Assembly (NCBI GenBank): GCA_041752695.1
Contig: JBGSVZ010000127.1
Coordinates: 1 to 24,000, forward strand
Source: Terrimicrobiaceae bacterium
Lineage (GTDB): Bacteria; Verrucomicrobiota; Verrucomicrobiia; Chthoniobacterales; Terrimicrobiaceae
Reading direction: 5' to 3'
Length of the DNA stretch: 24,000 nt
Shown: in pieces, positions 21,276-24,000 of the stretch
How positions within the stretch are numbered: the first letter of the stretch is position 1
How the letters are laid out: the number at the start of each line of letters is the position of its first letter
Program-made: the position numbers and the translations under genes
The notes under the pieces: model-generated
Databases searched by the model: none
Told to the model about the DNA's origin: nothing
Seen by the model: only the letters and a program-made list of their open reading frames with translations

Positions 21276-22024
21276 GTGCCGGGCAATTTCTGTGTGCGCT
21301 CTTGCGCGTCGGCGGTCTCGGAGCCGTGATCGTGGCTGGCATTTTTCGCTACCAAAAAGCAAGGCGCACGTCGGACGACCTGCCAGGGAAACTGGCCTGG
21401 ATGCAGGGGATGAGCCGGGGTTTTCTGCGCGTCCTGGACTGCGACGTTCATCGCACGGGGAACATTCCCCGGCAGGGCCTCATTGTCAGCAACCATCTCA
21501 GCTATGTGGACATCCTCGTGATCGGATCCGTCTGCCCCGCGGTCTTTGTGGCCAAGAGCGAGGTGCGCCGTTGGCCAGTCTTTGGCTGGTTGAGCGAAAT
21601 GGCCGGGGCCATTTTTGTCGAACGCCACCGGAGTCGCAATGTGCGCGTTCAACTGGCGGAAATCATCCGTCCGCTCGAGGCGGGATTGCCCGTGGTTCTT
21701 TTTCCTGAAGGCACGAGTTCGGACGGTTCCCGGGTTTTGCCCTTCCACAGTTCCCTGCTCGAAGCGGCACGTGAGGCGCAACAGACAGTGACCCCCTGCG
21801 CCATCTCGTATGGGTGGCTGGACGGTGGGAGCGAGTGCCACGACGTGTGTTATTGGGGCGACATGGTTTTCGCCGTGCATCTCTTCAAACTGCTCTCCAA
21901 AAAAAAATCCCTACGGGCGGGAGTGTCTTTCGGACAGCCCCGCGCGCTCGTCACCGACCGGAAGCGCGAGGCTGTTCGTTTTCAGAAGGAAGTCGCCGGA
22001 CTGCTTAATAACTGTGCACCGTGA
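21272..22024 (+). CDS. olsA: Lysophospholipid/lyso-aminolipid O-acyltransferase, PlsC family (OlsA-like)
   Basis: 250 aa with a GTG start. It has an N-terminal TM helix, the HX4D motif in VSNHLSYVDILV, and the FPEGTSSDG motif. It is paired with the olsB-like gene. Confidence 0.75.
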   Translation: MSAGQFLCALLRVGGLGAVIVAGIFRYQKARRTSDDLPGKLAWMQGMSRGFLRVLDCDVHRTGNIPRQGLIVSNHLSYVDILVIGSVCPAVFVAKSEVRRWPVFGWLSEMAGAIFVERHRSRNVRVQLAEIIRPLEAGLPVVLFPEGTSSDGSRVLPFHSSLLEAAREAQQTVTPCAISYGWLDGGSECHDVCYWGDMVFAVHLFKLLSKKKSLRAGVSFGQPRALVTDRKREAVRFQKEVAGLLNNCAP

Positions 22025-23024
22025 CGCGCGTCTTACCGCGGAAGATCCAGTAGATGCAAGCCGTATAAGCGAGAACGAGTGGAACGCCGATGGCCGCGAT
22101 GATCAGCATGTTGCCGAGGGTTTTCTGGCTGGAGGCGGCATTGTAAATCGTGAGGCTGTTTTCGGGATTCGGGTTTGAGAACACCATGTAGGGGAAATAG
22201 CTAAGACCAAAGGTGGCCATGAGAAGGGCCATGCCGGCACAGGAGGACAGGAAGGCGTTAAAGACGCGGCCTTTGTGGATCTCGCGGGGAATGTTCATCA
22301 CGATCAGCACGTCGAGGAGCATGACGCCAAGAATCCACGGGCGGTCGCGGGCAACCTGCAGGACACGATCCACATAAACGAGCGTGATCATGTTAAAAAG
22401 CACGTAGCAGGTGATGAAAAGGCCGATCAGTCCCGGCACCCAGCCGCGGACAATTTCGAGGATTTCGCCGTCGTTTTTCATCACGAGGTAGATGCAGCCG
22501 TGCATGGCAAAGAGGACGACGGTGGTGACGCCGAGGAAAAGCGCATAGGGATTGAGCAGACCGAGGAAGGTGCCGTCAAACTCATGGTCGGCATCGAGTG
22601 GGACGCCCCAGACGAGGTTACCCATGGCCACGCCAATCAGGAACGAGGAAAGGACGCTCCCCACACAAAAGGCGATGTCCCACATCGTTCGCCACCAGCC
22701 CCAGGGTTCCTTGCTGCGAAATTCGATCGCGACCGCCCGGAAAATCAGCGAACAGAGCAGCAGCATGAAGGCCAGGTAAAATCCGGAGAAGACGGTGGCG
22801 TAGGCCTCGGGAAAGGCCGCGAAGAGTGCCCCGCCGCCCGTGACCAGCCAGACTTCGTTGCCGTCCCAGACGGGTCCGATGGAATTGAGAAAGAGGCGGC
22901 GGTGTTCGTCTTTTTTGACAAAAAGGTGAAGCGCACCCACCCCGAGATCGAAGCCGTCCAGGATGGCGTAGCCGGTGAGGAGCACGCCGACGAGGACGAA
23001 CCAGATGATGTTGAGATCGATCAT
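22005..23024 (-). CDS. cydB: Cytochrome bd ubiquinol oxidase subunit II
   Basis: The start was taken at ATG 23024, which forms an ATGA overlap with the cydA stop. MIDLNIIWFVLVGVLLTGYAILDGFDLGVG is a typical CydB N-terminus, and the protein is polytopic. Its 3' end overlaps the convergent olsA-like gene by 20 nt. Confidence 0.9.
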   Translation of the reverse strand: MIDLNIIWFVLVGVLLTGYAILDGFDLGVGALHLFVKKDEHRRLFLNSIGPVWDGNEVWLVTGGGALFAAFPEAYATVFSGFYLAFMLLLCSLIFRAVAIEFRSKEPWGWWRTMWDIAFCVGSVLSSFLIGVAMGNLVWGVPLDADHEFDGTFLGLLNPYALFLGVTTVVLFAMHGCIYLVMKNDGEILEIVRGWVPGLIGLFITCYVLFNMITLVYVDRVLQVARDRPWILGVMLLDVLIVMNIPREIHKGRVFNAFLSSCAGMALLMATFGLSYFPYMVFSNPNPENSLTIYNAASSQKTLGNMLIIAAIGVPLVLAYTACIYWIFRGKTRVTVHSY

Positions 23025-24000
23025 GCCCGGGCCTCCCTCGCGCGGCGAACCACGTTTTTCCAACTCTCCGGCATTTCCTCACTTTCGTCCGCGCAATCGG
23101 GACCATGCTGAATCTTCCGGGTGAGCAGGAAGAGGAACGCCGCGAAGAGGAGAACATAGACAAAACCAAACATGACCAGCGAGGCGACAATCTGGTTGGC
23201 GGTGACGACCTTGGAGATGGCCTCGGAGGTTTTCAGCATCTCATAAACGATCCACGGTTGGCGGCCCATCTCCGCAGCGAACCATCCGGCCTGATTGGCA
23301 ATCTGCGGACCCAACACGCTGAAAACCAGCACCCAGAGAAAGGCGCGGGTGAGAGGGAGATCGGCCCGAAAAAGCGTGCCGCGAATCCAGAGCAGGCCGG
23401 CCACGATGACGATGGCCAGCATGATGCCCCCGAGGATGATCATGAGGTGAAAAAACTGGAACACCGCAGGGACGTTGGGCCAGTAGCTCTTCCGGATTTC
23501 GGCGAGTTCCGGGGCGGGAGCCTCCGGGTAGCGTTTTTGGAGGAACGCGTCGGTTGGAAGTTGATCGAGACCCTGGACGGGTTTAGCGGGATCGGCCCAG
23601 GCCAGAAAGCTGAGCAGGCCCGGGATCTTGATTCCGAAAGTCCGCCGGGTTTTCGGGTCCACCCAGCCGACGGCGGTGAGCGGGGCAAAGGCGGTGGTCT
23701 CGTAGAGTCCCTCCATGGCGGCGAGTTTGACCGGTTGGTTTTTCACCACGCCCTTGGCCGAGATATCGCCGCTGATCATCTGCAGGACAGTCGCCACCAT
23801 CCCGAAGGCCAGGCCGACTTTCAGAGACGCCTTGGCAAAGTCATAGTGACGGCCGCGCAGCAGGTAAAAGGCACTGATGCTGACGACGAGGAAGGCCCCC
23901 GCCATCCAGGCCCCGAGCACGACATGCGTGAGGCGCTCGATGCTCGAGGGGTTCAGCACCATGGCCCAGAAATCATCCACCACCGCGCGCACGCTGCCAA
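23021..24000 (-). CDS. cydA: Cytochrome bd ubiquinol oxidase subunit I (partial; N-terminus beyond the window)
   Basis: The reading frame is open to the window edge. It contains a Q-loop-like periplasmic region and the conserved GWFAAEMGRQPWIVY motif. Confidence 0.9.
   Translation of the reverse strand, partial: GSVRAVVDDFWAMVLNPSSIERLTHVVLGAWMAGAFLVVSISAFYLLRGRHYDFAKASLKVGLAFGMVATVLQMISGDISAKGVVKNQPVKLAAMEGLYETTAFAPLTAVGWVDPKTRRTFGIKIPGLLSFLAWADPAKPVQGLDQLPTDAFLQKRYPEAPAPELAEIRKSYWPNVPAVFQFFHLMIILGGIMLAIVIVAGLLWIRGTLFRADLPLTRAFLWVLVFSVLGPQIANQAGWFAAEMGRQPWIVYEMLKTSEAISKVVTANQIVASLVMFGFVYVLLFAAFLFLLTRKIQHGPDCADESEEMPESWKNVVRRAREARA

Noticed and set aside
1-24000. CRISPR arrays, rRNA genes, IS elements with terminal inverted repeats
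   Set aside because: No regularly spaced repeats, rRNA-like conserved blocks or transposase ORFs were seen on either strand.

Overview
High-GC bacterial chromosomal window. It is possibly from a PVC or Verrucomicrobiota-like organism, a weak inference from the FTLIELL-type prepilin protein and the gene content.

Left edge (1-1727): a tyrosine integrase lies directly downstream of the 3' end of tRNA-Gly(CCC). This is the classic boundary of an integrative element whose body lies off-window to the left.

Core genes (1735-10560):
- a GspG-like pseudopilin
- RNase R
- a small PUR-repeat nucleic-acid-binding protein
- pyruvate,phosphate dikinase
- a VapC/Phd-YefM toxin-antitoxin pair
- a tRNA-guanine transglycosylase carrying an unusual C-terminal MnmC-like methyltransferase domain

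Most interesting region (10717-22024): a roughly 10 kb cluster organised around an ECF sigma factor, which is frameshifted in a 4-nt homopolymer run, and a soluble zinc-type (HxxxCxxC) anti-sigma factor. Seven transcription units in the cluster are each preceded by the same fixed-spacing bipartite motif, TGTAAGGAA-N11-nCCGAC-nAAT:
- secreted MsrB-MsrA
- a membrane protein plus an MsrQ-like heme-TM/Rieske fusion protein
- a small secreted CxxC protein
- a translationally coupled DoxX / DinB-like / DedA-ATP-grasp fusion / NRDE operon
- YHS plus DUF1223
- the anti-sigma gene
- an OlsB/OlsA-like aminolipid pair

I read this as a compact, largely uncharacterised envelope redox/thiol-stress regulon.

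Right edge: cydB and a partial cydA.

No CRISPR array or rRNA was seen. All coordinates and motif calls were made by eye from the sequence and the ORF track. No database search was possible.
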